DNA of 64,000 nucleotides from an uncultured Verrucomicrobiae bacterium. Lineage in GTDB: Bacteria > Verrucomicrobiota > Verrucomicrobiia > Chthoniobacterales > JAFAMB01. The stretch is from assembly GCA_963762565.1 (NCBI GenBank), contig CAVXLD010000007.1, forward strand, positions 416,001-480,000. The letters run 5' to 3'. The notes below the pieces were generated by a model, which was not told the DNA's origin, searched no databases, and saw nothing but the letters and a program-made list of their open reading frames with translations. Numbering within the stretch: the first letter of the stretch is position 1; each line of letters begins with the position of its first letter. Below are positions 9,776-19,891 of this stretch, piece by piece. Made by a program: the position numbers and the translations under genes.

Positions 9776-10576
9776 TCAGTCCGACCCGGCTTGGCCCTTT
9801 TTCTGCAGATCGACGAATTTCTTTAAGGCGTCGGGGTCGGCATCGGTGACAGCCCACATGATCAGACCGTTGGCTTCCCAGCCGCACATATTGAAGCCTT
9901 CTTTTTGCAAGAGAGTGTCGGTGACCTGCGTGGACTCGGTTTTGGGCCAAACAAACAGGTTAACATAATGTTGGCGGTGTTGAAAAACGACCGCCGCTAT
10001 CTCTTGATTCCCTAGATAATCGAGTCTGCCCCCAATCAGCTTAAATCCCTGATCGCTCAGGTCGTAAACGGGAGGCGAAAAACTGAGTTTTCCGGCGAAC
10101 CAAGGCTTCACCGTGTGTTGATCGGTCGAAACGACGTCGATTAAATGATCGGGCAACAATGAGCGCATGTGATCGGACACGAGTTGCGCTGTCACCGTCG
10201 CTAGAAGGCTACTGGACGGTCGGTTTCCAGTGGGAAAGACGGTGAAGCCGAGCCACAACAGGAGAACCGCCGCGGCACCGGCCAGGGACGGTAGAAGCCA
10301 ATTGGAGAATTGGAATGTCGGCAGGCGCCAGCTCCTCCGAGGAGCAGGACGGACTTGTTTCGATAATTCAGCCTGAATCTGACCCTGAAGGTCTACAGGA
10401 GGTGTAAACCGGACCTCCGGTTTCTGCAGTGCCTCGCGCACGGCGAGACGAGAGGCATAGATCGCTTCGCAAGCCGAGCATTGCTCGATGTGCCGCTGGA
10501 TTTTCTGCGCCTCGGCCAAGCCGAGCTCGTTATCGAAGAACGGATCGAGATGTTCCTGAAATTCGGCGCAGGTCAT
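9776..10576 (-). CDS. Transmembrane anti-sigma factor with zinc-binding (ZAS) N-terminus
   Basis: C...HIEQCSAC (HxxxCxxC), one TM, periplasmic DQHTVKPWFAGKL...LIGGRLDYL; overlaps the sigma gene stop. Confidence 0.9.
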   Translation of the reverse strand: MTCAEFQEHLDPFFDNELGLAEAQKIQRHIEQCSACEAIYASRLAVREALQKPEVRFTPPVDLQGQIQAELSKQVRPAPRRSWRLPTFQFSNWLLPSLAGAAAVLLLWLGFTVFPTGNRPSSSLLATVTAQLVSDHMRSLLPDHLIDVVSTDQHTVKPWFAGKLSFSPPVYDLSDQGFKLIGGRLDYLGNQEIAAVVFQHRQHYVNLFVWPKTESTQVTDTLLQKEGFNMCGWEANGLIMWAVTDADPDALKKFVDLQKKGQAGSD

Positions 10577-11088
10577 ACTAAGTCCTTTTCCCTCATTTGC
10601 TTCAGCGCCTCGGCAAGTTGTTGCCGGCCACGCGCCAGCCGCGACATGACCGTGCCAATTGGCACCTGGGTTATTTCCGAGATCTCCCGATAGGAAAGTT
10701 CTTCCATTTCCCTTAGCACCAGCACCGTACGAAAGTCTTCCGGTAAACTCGCCAGTGCAGAACGCACGGCGGCGATCTCCGACTTCACCTGCAGTTCGTC
10801 TTCAGGTGAGCTGTCACCGGGAATGTTTTGTAGCTCTTCGTCGGAAGAATACACTTTTCGTTTTTTGAGGTAGTCGTAGCAAACGTTACGAACAATGCGG
10901 AGCATCCAGGCTCTACTGGTCTCGCCACGTACTCCGCTGAAAAACTTAAAGGCACGCAGATACGCCTCCTGCACCATATCGCGGGCGTCGTGTTCGTTCT
11001 GCATCAACCAGCGCGCGAGGTTATAGGCGTCGTTCATTAATGGCAACATCTCGCCCTCAAAGCGCGTCAGCTTCTCCTCTTCGTTCAT
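10573..11088 (-). CDS. ECF RNA polymerase sigma factor
   Basis: AYNLARWL...DARDMVQEAYLRAF...AWMLRIVRN...LSYREIS...PIGTVMSRLARGR; start taken as ATG 11088. Confidence 0.93.
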   Translation of the reverse strand: MNEEEKLTRFEGEMLPLMNDAYNLARWLMQNEHDARDMVQEAYLRAFKFFSGVRGETSRAWMLRIVRNVCYDYLKKRKVYSSDEELQNIPGDSSPEDELQVKSEIAAVRSALASLPEDFRTVLVLREMEELSYREISEITQVPIGTVMSRLARGRQQLAEALKQMREKDLV

Positions 11089-11117
11089 CGGTACGGGACC
11101 GAGGCTATCATACTGAG

Positions 11118-11145
11118 ATACCGTAACAGGAAGGAATTTATTCCC
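11118..11145 (-). promoter_or_regulatory. Putative ECF promoter GGGAATAAA-N13-CGGTAT upstream of the sigma gene
   Basis: Identical bipartite motif with a different spacer occurs on the + strand at 11365-11392. Confidence 0.7.
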
Positions 11146-11152
11146 AAAAGTT

Positions 11153-11356
11153 GGTAGGGCGAGGCTCCCGAATCTCGAAAGAACGTCGTGGGGGGGTGAG
11201 ATTTCCCCGTATATCGGGTGCAACGTCTGAGAGCCGCCGAGCCGTGGGTTGTGCGACCCACGGCTCGGCAGCTTCTAGGTGTTGCGCATGATACGCCAAT
11301 GAAGTGCTACCTCGCGTTGCGCCCCCTATTCAGCTATTCGGGAGCCTCGCCCTACC
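11153..11356. repeat. REP/REPIN-like element, family A (TIR GGTAGGGCGAGGCTCCCGAA, inner GCCGAGCCGTGG..CCACGGCTCGGC hairpin)
   Basis: Terminal inverted repeats and inner hairpin visible; at least 6 copies in the window. Confidence 0.85.
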
Positions 11357-11364
11357 AAGTTTTC

Positions 11365-11392
11365 GGGAATAAACCGCGCCGCTGACCGGTAT
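11365..11392 (+). promoter_or_regulatory. Putative ECF promoter GGGAATAAA-N13-CGGTAT upstream of the metallophosphoesterase gene
   Basis: Matches the motif upstream of the divergent sigma gene. Confidence 0.7.
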
Positions 11393-11447
11393 TTCACGGT
11401 TAAACGGACAGTCAATCAGCTGCTCCAAAACCTGGGTAGAACTAACT

Positions 11448-12407
11448 ATGTCAGACCATATTCATGAGAATTTGAACGACGACGGCGTCGATCGGCGCGG
11501 TTTCTTAAAGTGCATGGCTTGGGCCGGTACAGGCCTGGTATTTACTATGAGCGCAGGGATCGCTAGATCGCGCATGTTGTTAGCAACTGCTTCTGATCAA
11601 GGTGGCGCTGCGGGCGCGGATTTCACCTTTGTCCAGATCAGCGATAGCCATATCGGCTTCAACAAAGATGCGAATAACAACGTTATTGGGACTCTGCAGG
11701 AAGCGATCAACCGAATTAAGGCACTTCCCACTAAACCGGATTTGATTATCCATACCGGCGATCTAACCCATCTAGCCGAGGCCGATGAATTTGATACGGT
11801 TGACCAGGCTTTGAAAGGCACCGGGGTCAGCGATATCTTCTATGTGCCCGGGGAACACGATGTTCTCAGTGATAACGGAGAACAATATCGGAACCGATTT
11901 GCGAAGGGTACGAATGGTGATGGTTGGTACAGTTTCACGCACCGGGGGGTCCACTTTGTTGGTCTAGTCAATGTGATGGGTAAATCTGAGGCTGGGCTGG
12001 GTTCATTGGGACAGGACCAACTCACTTGGCTGGAGAAGGACTTGAGTGGTCTGTCGACTTCCACACCGATTATTGTTTTTGCGCACGTGCCGCTCTGGGA
12101 AGTCTACCCCCAATGGGGTTGGGGAACTCAAGATGGAGCTCAGGCCTTGGCTTTCTTAAAGCGATTCGGCTCGGTGTCGGTGCTCAATGGTCACATCCAC
12201 CAGATCGTTCAAAAGGTTGAAGGAAACATTTCTTTTCACACTGCCATGTCGACAGCATTTCCACAGCCTGCGCCTGGAACTGCGCCTAAGGCAGGACCGA
12301 TGAAGGTTCCGGCAGATCAACTCAGAAAGGTCTTAGGTATTACCACGGTAAATTACCTGGAGACGCCGCATTCTTTGGCGGTCATCGATAAGCCTCTAAT
12401 ATCGTAA
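11448..12407 (+). CDS. Tat-exported calcineurin-like metallophosphoesterase (CpdA-like)
   Basis: DRRGFLK twin-arginine signal; DSH, GDLT, PGEHD, AHVP, GHIH metal motifs. Confidence 0.9.
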   Translation: MSDHIHENLNDDGVDRRGFLKCMAWAGTGLVFTMSAGIARSRMLLATASDQGGAAGADFTFVQISDSHIGFNKDANNNVIGTLQEAINRIKALPTKPDLIIHTGDLTHLAEADEFDTVDQALKGTGVSDIFYVPGEHDVLSDNGEQYRNRFAKGTNGDGWYSFTHRGVHFVGLVNVMGKSEAGLGSLGQDQLTWLEKDLSGLSTSTPIIVFAHVPLWEVYPQWGWGTQDGAQALAFLKRFGSVSVLNGHIHQIVQKVEGNISFHTAMSTAFPQPAPGTAPKAGPMKVPADQLRKVLGITTVNYLETPHSLAVIDKPLIS

Positions 12408-12434
12408 CCACGAATCGTAACCACGAGCGAGTAA

Positions 12435-12650
12435 ATCGTCCTCGTCCTTCGTCGGGTAACAGCGGATATGGCAATCGTTCTCGTTCTCGTCGTCGTTCTC
12501 GTCCTCGATTTGGTCCTGCAGCGATTGGCGTCTCGTAACTAATGAGTCGGGAGTTCAACACTCAACGCCGTAGCGACATCATGGGATCCTCGAGGACGAG
12601 GACGACGACGAGGACGAGAACGATTAGGCAGGACGAGGACGAGGGCGATT
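12435..12650. repeat. Inverted pair of hexamer-like arms (TCGTCC/TCGTTC)n ... (GACGAG)n
   Basis: Arms at about 12435-12510 and 12590-12650; similar pair at 40553-40693. Confidence 0.75.
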
Positions 12651-12677
12651 ACGATTTGCGAGGACCAATTACAAAAA

Positions 12678-13115
12678 ATGGAACTATTTCTGGGAGCTAA
12701 CGTTTGGGAAATGATGCATGGAGGGAGTACTCACTTACCGATCGCGTTGATGTTAGTGTCGGCTGTTTTTGACGCCTTGGGGGGTGTAATCAGAACGGAA
12801 CAAGTGAAAGACCGGCTTCATGCGGCCGGTCTCTTTACTTTGATAGCGGGCACATTGGGCGCTTTTCCGGCGGTGCTGTCCGGGCTGATTTTGGCGCGTT
12901 GGGAGATTGGAGGAACCGGGGCGCTCTTCTGGCATCATGTCTTTCTTTGGCCGGCATTCGCTTTGTTAATCGCGTTGTCGGTGTGGCGGCTGATTGTCCG
13001 AGGCCGTCGTTCAAGAACTGGTTTCTTGATCTATATTCTAGCGGCTTTCGGAGCGGCATTTCTAGTAAGCGCAGCCGGCTTTTGGGGCGGTGAAGTCTTG
13101 CTGGGAGGCTCATGA
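12678..13115 (+). CDS. DUF2231-like membrane protein
   Basis: H...THLPIAL, four hydrophobic helices, C-terminal GFWGGE. Confidence 0.75.
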   Translation: MELFLGANVWEMMHGGSTHLPIALMLVSAVFDALGGVIRTEQVKDRLHAAGLFTLIAGTLGAFPAVLSGLILARWEIGGTGALFWHHVFLWPAFALLIALSVWRLIVRGRRSRTGFLIYILAAFGAAFLVSAAGFWGGEVLLGGS

Positions 13116-13504
13116 AACGGGCTTTATTCGGATTAGAATTTGCCGCTGCCGTTCTGGCTCTTGTGGCCGCCTGCACGGTTATCGGGGTCACCCTGGGCTC
13201 AGCGAGCCTGGTGCGAGCGGCAATAGAAAAAGCGAGAAGCGAATCGGCCGCTAAAGGGAATCTTTCTCCGCTGTCGCCGATGGTAGCGCAGGGCCAGAAA
13301 CTTTATGCGCTCAATTGTTCGCATTGTCACGCCGACGACGCCACCGGTGACGAAGGACCTGACTTGCATGGACTGACTAAGTCCGATGAACGCATCAAGA
13401 CGATTATTACGAATGGTATCAAAGGTGAGATGCCATCGTTTGGCAAAAAACTGCAGGAAGCGGACAAGGAGGCGTTGGTGGGGTTTTTGCGGTCTCTGAA
13501 GTAA
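13112..13504 (+). CDS. Membrane-anchored monoheme cytochrome c
   Basis: CSHCH heme-binding motif, GPDL, distal MPSF; N-terminal hydrophobic anchor. Confidence 0.9.
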   Translation: MKRALFGLEFAAAVLALVAACTVIGVTLGSASLVRAAIEKARSESAAKGNLSPLSPMVAQGQKLYALNCSHCHADDATGDEGPDLHGLTKSDERIKTIITNGIKGEMPSFGKKLQEADKEALVGFLRSLK

Positions 13505-13541
13505 TCGGGTTAGGAGCTAGGAGGCGCGAGCTCCCTTATTT

Positions 13542-13750
13542 GGTGGGGCGAGGCTCCCGAAGAGCCAGATGATTCAACCAAGGTAACCCGCAAAAACGCC
13601 AACGATCGATGAGCAAGGCCCCTAGACGCGCCGAGCCGTGGCCTTATGACATACCACGGCTCGGCGCGTTTAATGGCCTAATAGCGCGACTGAACGAGGA
13701 TCACCGGCCACTTCGCGTCAGCAATCTGGCTATTCGGGAGCCTCGCCCCG
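13542..13750. repeat. REP/REPIN-like element, family A
   Basis: GGTGGGGCGAGGCTCCCGAA ... TTCGGGAGCCTCGCCCC with inner CGCGCCGAGCCGTGG..CCACGGCTCGGCGCG. Confidence 0.85.
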
Positions 13751-14043
13751 GGGGGAGAGGGCGTGAGAGGTGAGAGGTGAGAGTTGAGAGGTGATTGGTC
13801 GCGCCCGGCTTGCCCGACGTAGCACTCGGAGTCTAAACGACATAGCGAAGTCGGGAGTATCGAACGACGGGGCGATGTTGGCTTTATTCTTGCGGGCGCG
13901 ATCTGGGAGATGACTTATGGCTTGTCACCTTTCACTTTTGTACCCGCCGCCACGACCTCTCACATCTCACCAATCACCTCTCACTTCTCACCTAAGAAGC
14001 CTTCTGGATTCTCTGTTCGCGTCCTGTATAGTGCGCCCTCTGC

Positions 14044-15840
14044 ATGGGAAGACTTTTGACTCGGAATTTTTGCATTATTGCTCACATCGATCACGGAAAG
14101 ACGACGCTTTCTGACCGATTGCTCGAGTCCACCGGCACGATCGCCGATAGGGATAAGCAGGATCAGTTGCTTGATTCGATGGATCTCGAACGGGAGCGCG
14201 GCATTACGATCAAGGCGCATCCGGTCACTATGAATTATTCGGCCAAGAATGGTCAGACGTATCGGCTGAATCTGTTGGATACCCCAGGGCATGTGGATTT
14301 CTCGTATGAGGTATCGCGAAGTTTAGCGGCTTGCGAGGGAGCAATCCTGGTGGTGGACGCTGCCCAAGGGGTCGAGGCGCAAACGGTGGCAAACGTGCAT
14401 CTCGCTCTAAAACAAGGGCTGACCATTGTGCCGGTCATTAATAAGATCGATTTGCCCAATGCGGATATCCCGACGGTGCGCAAACAGCTCGAGGAAATCC
14501 TGGCTATTCCAGCCGATGAAGCCATTCTGGCCAGCGCCAAGACCGGGCTGGGTATCGAAGAGATTCTCGAAGCCATCGTGGCGCGGATTCCGGTTCCTCC
14601 GGCCCCGGTGGACAACAAACTGCGTACGTTGATCTTTGACTCGGTATTCGACATCTACCGCGGGGTGGTATCCTACTCCCGAGTGTTCTCCGGAGCGATG
14701 GCTCCAGGTCAGGCGGTGCGATTGATGACCACTGGCAATAGCTACGAAATCAAAGAGGTTGGGATCTTTACTCCCAAGCCTTTAGCCCGGGAAATCCTTG
14801 AGGAGGGCGATGTGGGCTATTTCATCGCCAATATTAAGTCGACGGCAGAAATCAAAATCGGTGATACCTTGACGGAACAGCGCAACCCGGCACCTGAACC
14901 GTTGCCTGGTTTTCAAGAGATTCATCCGATGGTGTTCAGCGGGATTTATCCCATCAACACTGCAGATTTCGAGCATCTCAAGACCGCGATGGGGAAACTG
15001 CAAATCAATGATTCCGCCTTTGTCTATCTAGCGGAAAATTCCGTCGCGCTGGGATTCGGTTTTCGGTGCGGATTTCTTGGGTTGTTGCACATGGAGATCG
15101 TACAAGAGCGGTTGCGCCGGGAGTTCGATATGGACATTATCGCGACTTACCCGAGCGTGGTTTACGAGGTGGTGCAGACCAACGGCGAGAAAGTCGAAGT
15201 CGATAATCCGGCTCACCTGCCGGATCCCAGCGTGATCGCGGAAATCAGGGAACCGGTTGTCGAATGTTTCGTGATGTGTCCGAACGAGAATATCGGCGAT
15301 ATGATGCAGCTGATCATGGAGAAAAGGGGCGAGGTCCAAAACACCGAGTCGCTCGACACGCGCCGGGTGATGTTGACAGCGGTCATGCCGTTAAACGAGA
15401 TTTTGGTCGATTTTAACGACAAGCTAAAATCATTGACCCATGGCTACGGATCGATGGACTATGAGTACGCCGGCTATCGGCCTGCCGAGCTGGTGAAACT
15501 CGACATGCTGGTAAACGCCGAACCGGTGGATGCATTTTCCAGTATTGTTCACCGGGACAAGGCCGAAAGCCGGGGCCGGTTACTCGCAGCCAAGCTCAAG
15601 GAAGTGATCCCTCAACAGCTTTTCCAAGTATCGATCCAGGCCGCAATCGGTGGAAAAATCATCGCGCGCGAGAATGTCTCTGCTCTCCGAAAAAATGTGA
15701 CCGCAAAATGTTACGGAGGCGATATCACGCGAAAGCGGAAGCTCTTGGAGAAACAAAAAGAGGGCAAGAAACGAATGAAATCGATCGGTAAAGTAAATAT
15801 TCCGCAGGAAGCCTTTATCGAAGTTCTGAAAACAAGCTAA
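14044..15840 (+). CDS. lepA: Translation elongation factor 4 (LepA)
   Basis: [61 protein letters not shown]. Confidence 0.98.
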   Translation: MGRLLTRNFCIIAHIDHGKTTLSDRLLESTGTIADRDKQDQLLDSMDLERERGITIKAHPVTMNYSAKNGQTYRLNLLDTPGHVDFSYEVSRSLAACEGAILVVDAAQGVEAQTVANVHLALKQGLTIVPVINKIDLPNADIPTVRKQLEEILAIPADEAILASAKTGLGIEEILEAIVARIPVPPAPVDNKLRTLIFDSVFDIYRGVVSYSRVFSGAMAPGQAVRLMTTGNSYEIKEVGIFTPKPLAREILEEGDVGYFIANIKSTAEIKIGDTLTEQRNPAPEPLPGFQEIHPMVFSGIYPINTADFEHLKTAMGKLQINDSAFVYLAENSVALGFGFRCGFLGLLHMEIVQERLRREFDMDIIATYPSVVYEVVQTNGEKVEVDNPAHLPDPSVIAEIREPVVECFVMCPNENIGDMMQLIMEKRGEVQNTESLDTRRVMLTAVMPLNEILVDFNDKLKSLTHGYGSMDYEYAGYRPAELVKLDMLVNAEPVDAFSSIVHRDKAESRGRLLAAKLKEVIPQQLFQVSIQAAIGGKIIARENVSALRKNVTAKCYGGDITRKRKLLEKQKEGKKRMKSIGKVNIPQEAFIEVLKTS

Positions 15841-15844
15841 AACC

Positions 15845-16978
15845 GTGTTAACACCGAGATACGTCCAGGATTCCGAGACACTAATCAAAGCGGCAAAACG
15901 AATACTCAATTATCGCAAAGACATCGCTGCTCCTGATCAACTTGAGGCGGCCCGCGCCGGGATTGCCAGGGTGCGCAACGCGATAAAACAAAGATCTGCT
16001 CCAGCGGTTAAAGAAGCCGAGAAACCGCTGGTGGACGTTCTAACTAAGATTGATCCCCCGCAGCCTAACAGTTGGATCCGGGATAATGTCGAACTGATTA
16101 TTGTGGTGGTAGCAATTGCTCTGGGGCTGCGAGCCTATTATTTGCAGCCTTTCAAGATCCCGACGGGATCGATGCAACCGACTTTGAACGGCATTATCGC
16201 CAAGCCGATCGACGGGCCGGCCCCGAATTTTTTGGTGCAGACTTTTCAATTTCTGGTCCTAGGGCGCACATATGCAGATGTGGTCTCCGAGGAGGATAAC
16301 GATAGTATCGTGGATATCACCCCCGTGAAGCTAAGGTGGTTATGGGATGGTTCTCTGATCCGGATGTCTTCCGGGCGGGCGTATACGGTCGGGATCCCGC
16401 CGGATATATTGAAATACCAGCTTGGGGTCATGCCTTCGTTTTCCGAAGGGAACTCGCAGCTCGACAAAAAGTATCGGAAGGGGGAACCGATCGTTCGTGG
16501 TTATTCGGATCTGGGCGATCAGGTTTTCGTGGATAAGATGAGCTACAACTTCATGCCGCCCCATCGAGGAGATATTTTTGTGTTTAAGACGAACGGCCTG
16601 CCGATGGAAAGGCCGGGCGCCCCGAGCGAACACTTCATTAAGCGCCTGGCGGGAGTCCCAGGCGACACGTTGCGGATTGCTGAACCCGACCTTTTTATTA
16701 ATGGGCATCCGGCAGAAGACTTCGTTTTTAAGCGAGTCGAATCCCGCGAGAATGGGTACACCGGGTATACCAACCAGCAGTTGCCCCAGCCGATGCGATA
16801 CCTGGGGACGCCGAATGATACGGTGACAATTCCGCCGTACTCCTACTTTGCGTTGGGCGACAACAGCGCCAATAGCCTGGACAGCCGCTACTGGGGTTTT
16901 GTGCCGGCCGACAACGTGGTGGGTCGCGGCTTGTTTGTTTATTGGCCGTTCACCAGTCATTGGGGGGTTCCGCGGTAG
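15845..16978 (+). CDS. lepB: Signal peptidase I
   Basis: IPTGSMQPTL (catalytic Ser), FIKRL (Lys), GDNSANSLDSRYWG; follows lepA. Confidence 0.95.
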   Translation: MLTPRYVQDSETLIKAAKRILNYRKDIAAPDQLEAARAGIARVRNAIKQRSAPAVKEAEKPLVDVLTKIDPPQPNSWIRDNVELIIVVVAIALGLRAYYLQPFKIPTGSMQPTLNGIIAKPIDGPAPNFLVQTFQFLVLGRTYADVVSEEDNDSIVDITPVKLRWLWDGSLIRMSSGRAYTVGIPPDILKYQLGVMPSFSEGNSQLDKKYRKGEPIVRGYSDLGDQVFVDKMSYNFMPPHRGDIFVFKTNGLPMERPGAPSEHFIKRLAGVPGDTLRIAEPDLFINGHPAEDFVFKRVESRENGYTGYTNQQLPQPMRYLGTPNDTVTIPPYSYFALGDNSANSLDSRYWGFVPADNVVGRGLFVYWPFTSHWGVPR

Positions 16979-16992
16979 TCACACCCAGCGCC

Positions 16993-17110
16993 GGGAGGGA
17001 TCGCGTCCTTGCGATCCGTTGTCCGCGAAGCTCGGCGCAGACCCGACGAAGTTTTCAACAACGCCAACGATGCAGACCTGATCGCGGCGCGCGAGGACGC
17101 GCGTCCTCCC
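16993..17110. repeat. REP/REPIN-like element, family C (GGGAGGGATCGCGTCC.. / ..GGACGCGCGTCCTCCC)
   Basis: Imperfect TIRs; 5 copies in the window. Confidence 0.8.
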
Positions 17111-17190
17111 TGTCTCGGGCGAACCACGCTATTCCTTCCGCCGAAATTCGGTGTTGTGTTTCCTGAAGAAAAGCGGCCTAAATCTAGCTT

Positions 17191-17976
17191 ATGGACTTGG
17201 TAGACATTTTGGTCGACCTCGGAAGGCAACTAGGAATTCATCCAGATAAATTAGTTATAGTCGACGAGGGCTTTGTGGCCGGCAAAGTGGACGGGCATCT
17301 GGTCATCAGCCGTCCAGGAGCCCGCTTAGGGAGCTTGGATCGCGGCGACCTGATTCATTTTAGCGCGGCTCCTTTGCTCGAGTTACTGAGAGCGGACCAG
17401 CCCAGACGGCCCGCCGAAGAGGAAGGGCTGTTGGCTTCCCGGTTGCAAGAGGATTCGCCGATGCCCAGCGCCGATGCCTACGTAGTCACAGACCTGTTCG
17501 AGCGTTGCGCGAGCCGGATGATCGTGCAAGTGCAACCGGTCGTGATCAACCAAATTCTAGCTTCTCCGCGAGCAAGGCAGTTTGCCGACCGTCGGATTAC
17601 CTTGAGCGAGGTGTTCAGTTGCGGACTGGCGACTACCTTGGTTCCTTATGCCGACCCGGGAACGGCGCTCGCGAAAGAGGTGCGAACCAAAGTGAGCCTC
17701 TGGCGTGATCGCGCGCGAACAGATCCGAAGGTGATATTGCTCCAGAACAACGGGATGATCGTGCTAGGCGATTCTCCTGAGGAAGTCGTGGAACACATCG
17801 AAAAGATGGTTCGCGCGGCTGAGGTGTTTGTCGGCGCCAGCTTACTCGGAGGACCACAATTCCTCACCGTGGCTAATGTTGGAAGAGCGACTGAATACCG
17901 GCGGGGACCCGACGCAAGCGGAAACAATCAAGCAACCGCGCCACAAGCTGTGTCGAGTGAGCTGGCAAATTCCTGA
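17191..17976 (+). CDS. Class II aldolase/adducin-like protein, metal ligands apparently lost
   Basis: Family pattern EG..., PS, VPYADPG..LA, ILLQNNG; the expected HxH and NHG histidines read QVQ and NNG. Confidence 0.65.
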   Translation: MDLVDILVDLGRQLGIHPDKLVIVDEGFVAGKVDGHLVISRPGARLGSLDRGDLIHFSAAPLLELLRADQPRRPAEEEGLLASRLQEDSPMPSADAYVVTDLFERCASRMIVQVQPVVINQILASPRARQFADRRITLSEVFSCGLATTLVPYADPGTALAKEVRTKVSLWRDRARTDPKVILLQNNGMIVLGDSPEEVVEHIEKMVRAAEVFVGASLLGGPQFLTVANVGRATEYRRGPDASGNNQATAPQAVSSELANS

Positions 17977-19168
17977 ACTGCCAGGAATCGATTGGACTCA
18001 CGCCGCGATTGAGACCGGCGCCGGGGTATTGGGTTACCTTCTGCTGATTCTGTGCAACCCGGTCGCCCGATTTTTCCGGGACGGACTGCGCATCGTGAAC
18101 CGGCATCCGCGGATTTGGATCTGGCTGGCCGTGCTCGGCTGTTCATACTCTCTATTTCAGGCAGTGATCGCTTGGCGCCTGGGCGAGTTCCATCTGTCGC
18201 TTTACGACCTGGTGAACTGGCCGGCGGCTCGCTCCGTCGATTTAGTGTGGGCGGCGCAAAGATGTTGGCTGCCCGCGCTGGAGCTATTGTCCGGCGTTTT
18301 CAATCAGGTGGTAGTCAGCTTCCCGGCCTCGAGTTTGGCAGCGCTCCTGTTTTTGATGAACTGGGGCGGTGCTCATTTTAACTTGATCGCTGAGGCTCGG
18401 GTACGACTGGGAGCTTGGTGGATGCCCGTCTACCTGGGAGTTGTGATCTGTGCGTTTGGGGCGGTGGCTAAGCCGGTCTTCGCCATTTCCATTCATTGGC
18501 TGAACCAGTTCTTGGATGGCCTGTTTCTGTTGCGAGTTGGAGCGGTGCTGGATTGGCTCTCTTTCCAGTTCGAATACTTGTTCGGACTGGTAGTTCAGAT
18601 CTATCTGATCCTCCTGGCGTTTGTCTGGATCAGGGGCATTAAGTCTGATCCGGAACGAGTATTTGCACTTGCGCTCCGGCGGACGCCGCACGTAGCAAAA
18701 TGGGCGGGAATAATGCTGTTGATTAGCGCCCTCTTCATCCACCTACCGCTTTTGATCAGCTACCTCTGGATCGGACAATTCACCGATTTCACGAGTGCGA
18801 CGGTTGAGTACGTCGATCAGACGGTCCGGCCGCTCTTTGCGATGATCTTGATCTTTTTCTGCTCGGTTCAGATCACTTTGGTACTGCATAACCAGACATT
18901 GCAAAAGGCCTTACAAGAGCACGCCAACCTGATGCGGACGAGCTGGTACCGTATCCTTTGGTTTTTGATCGTGGCCGGTTTTCACTTGTTCGTTGTGTGT
19001 TGGGTTGGCGAGGCCGCTTTGGCGTGCTATCCGGTTATGTCGGTCCCGAGCGTGCTGGCATCTCTGATAGTGAGTTTCGCTAAAGCGGTCATAGCGGCAT
19101 GGCTTCTGACTAGCTGGGTTTGCCTCTATCGAGATGCTCGCCGTCCGCGTAAAGAAATCCGGTTTTGA
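17957..19168 (+). CDS. Hypothetical polytopic membrane protein (start uncertain)
   Basis: Long ORF with many hydrophobic helices; GTG 17957 chosen to minimise overlap with the upstream gene. Confidence 0.7.
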   Translation: MSWQIPELPGIDWTHAAIETGAGVLGYLLLILCNPVARFFRDGLRIVNRHPRIWIWLAVLGCSYSLFQAVIAWRLGEFHLSLYDLVNWPAARSVDLVWAAQRCWLPALELLSGVFNQVVVSFPASSLAALLFLMNWGGAHFNLIAEARVRLGAWWMPVYLGVVICAFGAVAKPVFAISIHWLNQFLDGLFLLRVGAVLDWLSFQFEYLFGLVVQIYLILLAFVWIRGIKSDPERVFALALRRTPHVAKWAGIMLLISALFIHLPLLISYLWIGQFTDFTSATVEYVDQTVRPLFAMILIFFCSVQITLVLHNQTLQKALQEHANLMRTSWYRILWFLIVAGFHLFVVCWVGEAALACYPVMSVPSVLASLIVSFAKAVIAAWLLTSWVCLYRDARRPRKEIRF

Positions 19169-19183
19169 GAAAGAAACGGTCCT

Positions 19184-19891
19184 TTGGTAAACCCTGAGCC
19201 AGAAGATATTTTGGTGGCGCACCAAATCAGTTGGCACGGTCCGAGTGATTCCGGCATTCAGATCCAACCCGTCAGCCACCGGTTTCAGCGTTCGTCATTT
19301 TACATACTCGAAAGCAGCGACAGCGAAGCCAAACATTGTTGGTTGCGTCTCCTTGGGTTGTTGGATGAACCGGCTGGAGGAGAGATGTTGCTGGAGGGAA
19401 GGGTGGTCACAGGCTTGGATTCTGAAGAGCTGGGAGAGATCCGGAACCGCAAGTTTGGATTTCTCTTTGCGGCGCCTTTCCTTTTGCCGTCATTTACGGT
19501 GTTAGAGAACGTCGCGATGCCGCTATTCAAAGTAGCGCAGGTCGATGCCCGTGAGGCGAAGAGCATCACCGAGACAATTCTCGAACTGGTGGGGATCTCT
19601 GAACTAGTGGAAGTGGAGGCTTATCGGCTGTCGCCTTTGCAACAACACCTTACCGCGCTGGCTCGAGCGATCGTACATCATCCACGGCTACTCATCATCG
19701 AGGAGTTAGGGCTGGGCCTCGACGCGGAGTCAGCGCTCCGCGTCTTCGATGTGGCACGTCGAATCCCTGAGCGGTTTGGAACCACGGTGATCGCAACGCT
19801 TTCAGCGGGGATTGACTTCGCAAGCGCAGATGTCGTACTCGAAATAGGCGCCGACGGAATCCGGGAAGTTCGGAAGGAACCGAGAACATGA
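19184..19891 (+). CDS. LolD-like ABC ATP-binding protein with degenerate catalytic motifs
   Basis: LLGLLDEP.GGE, RNRKFGFLF, LLPSFTVLENVAMPL, ALARAI; Walker A region is ESSDSEAKH. Confidence 0.75.
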   Translation: MVNPEPEDILVAHQISWHGPSDSGIQIQPVSHRFQRSSFYILESSDSEAKHCWLRLLGLLDEPAGGEMLLEGRVVTGLDSEELGEIRNRKFGFLFAAPFLLPSFTVLENVAMPLFKVAQVDAREAKSITETILELVGISELVEVEAYRLSPLQQHLTALARAIVHHPRLLIIEELGLGLDAESALRVFDVARRIPERFGTTVIATLSAGIDFASADVVLEIGADGIREVRKEPRT

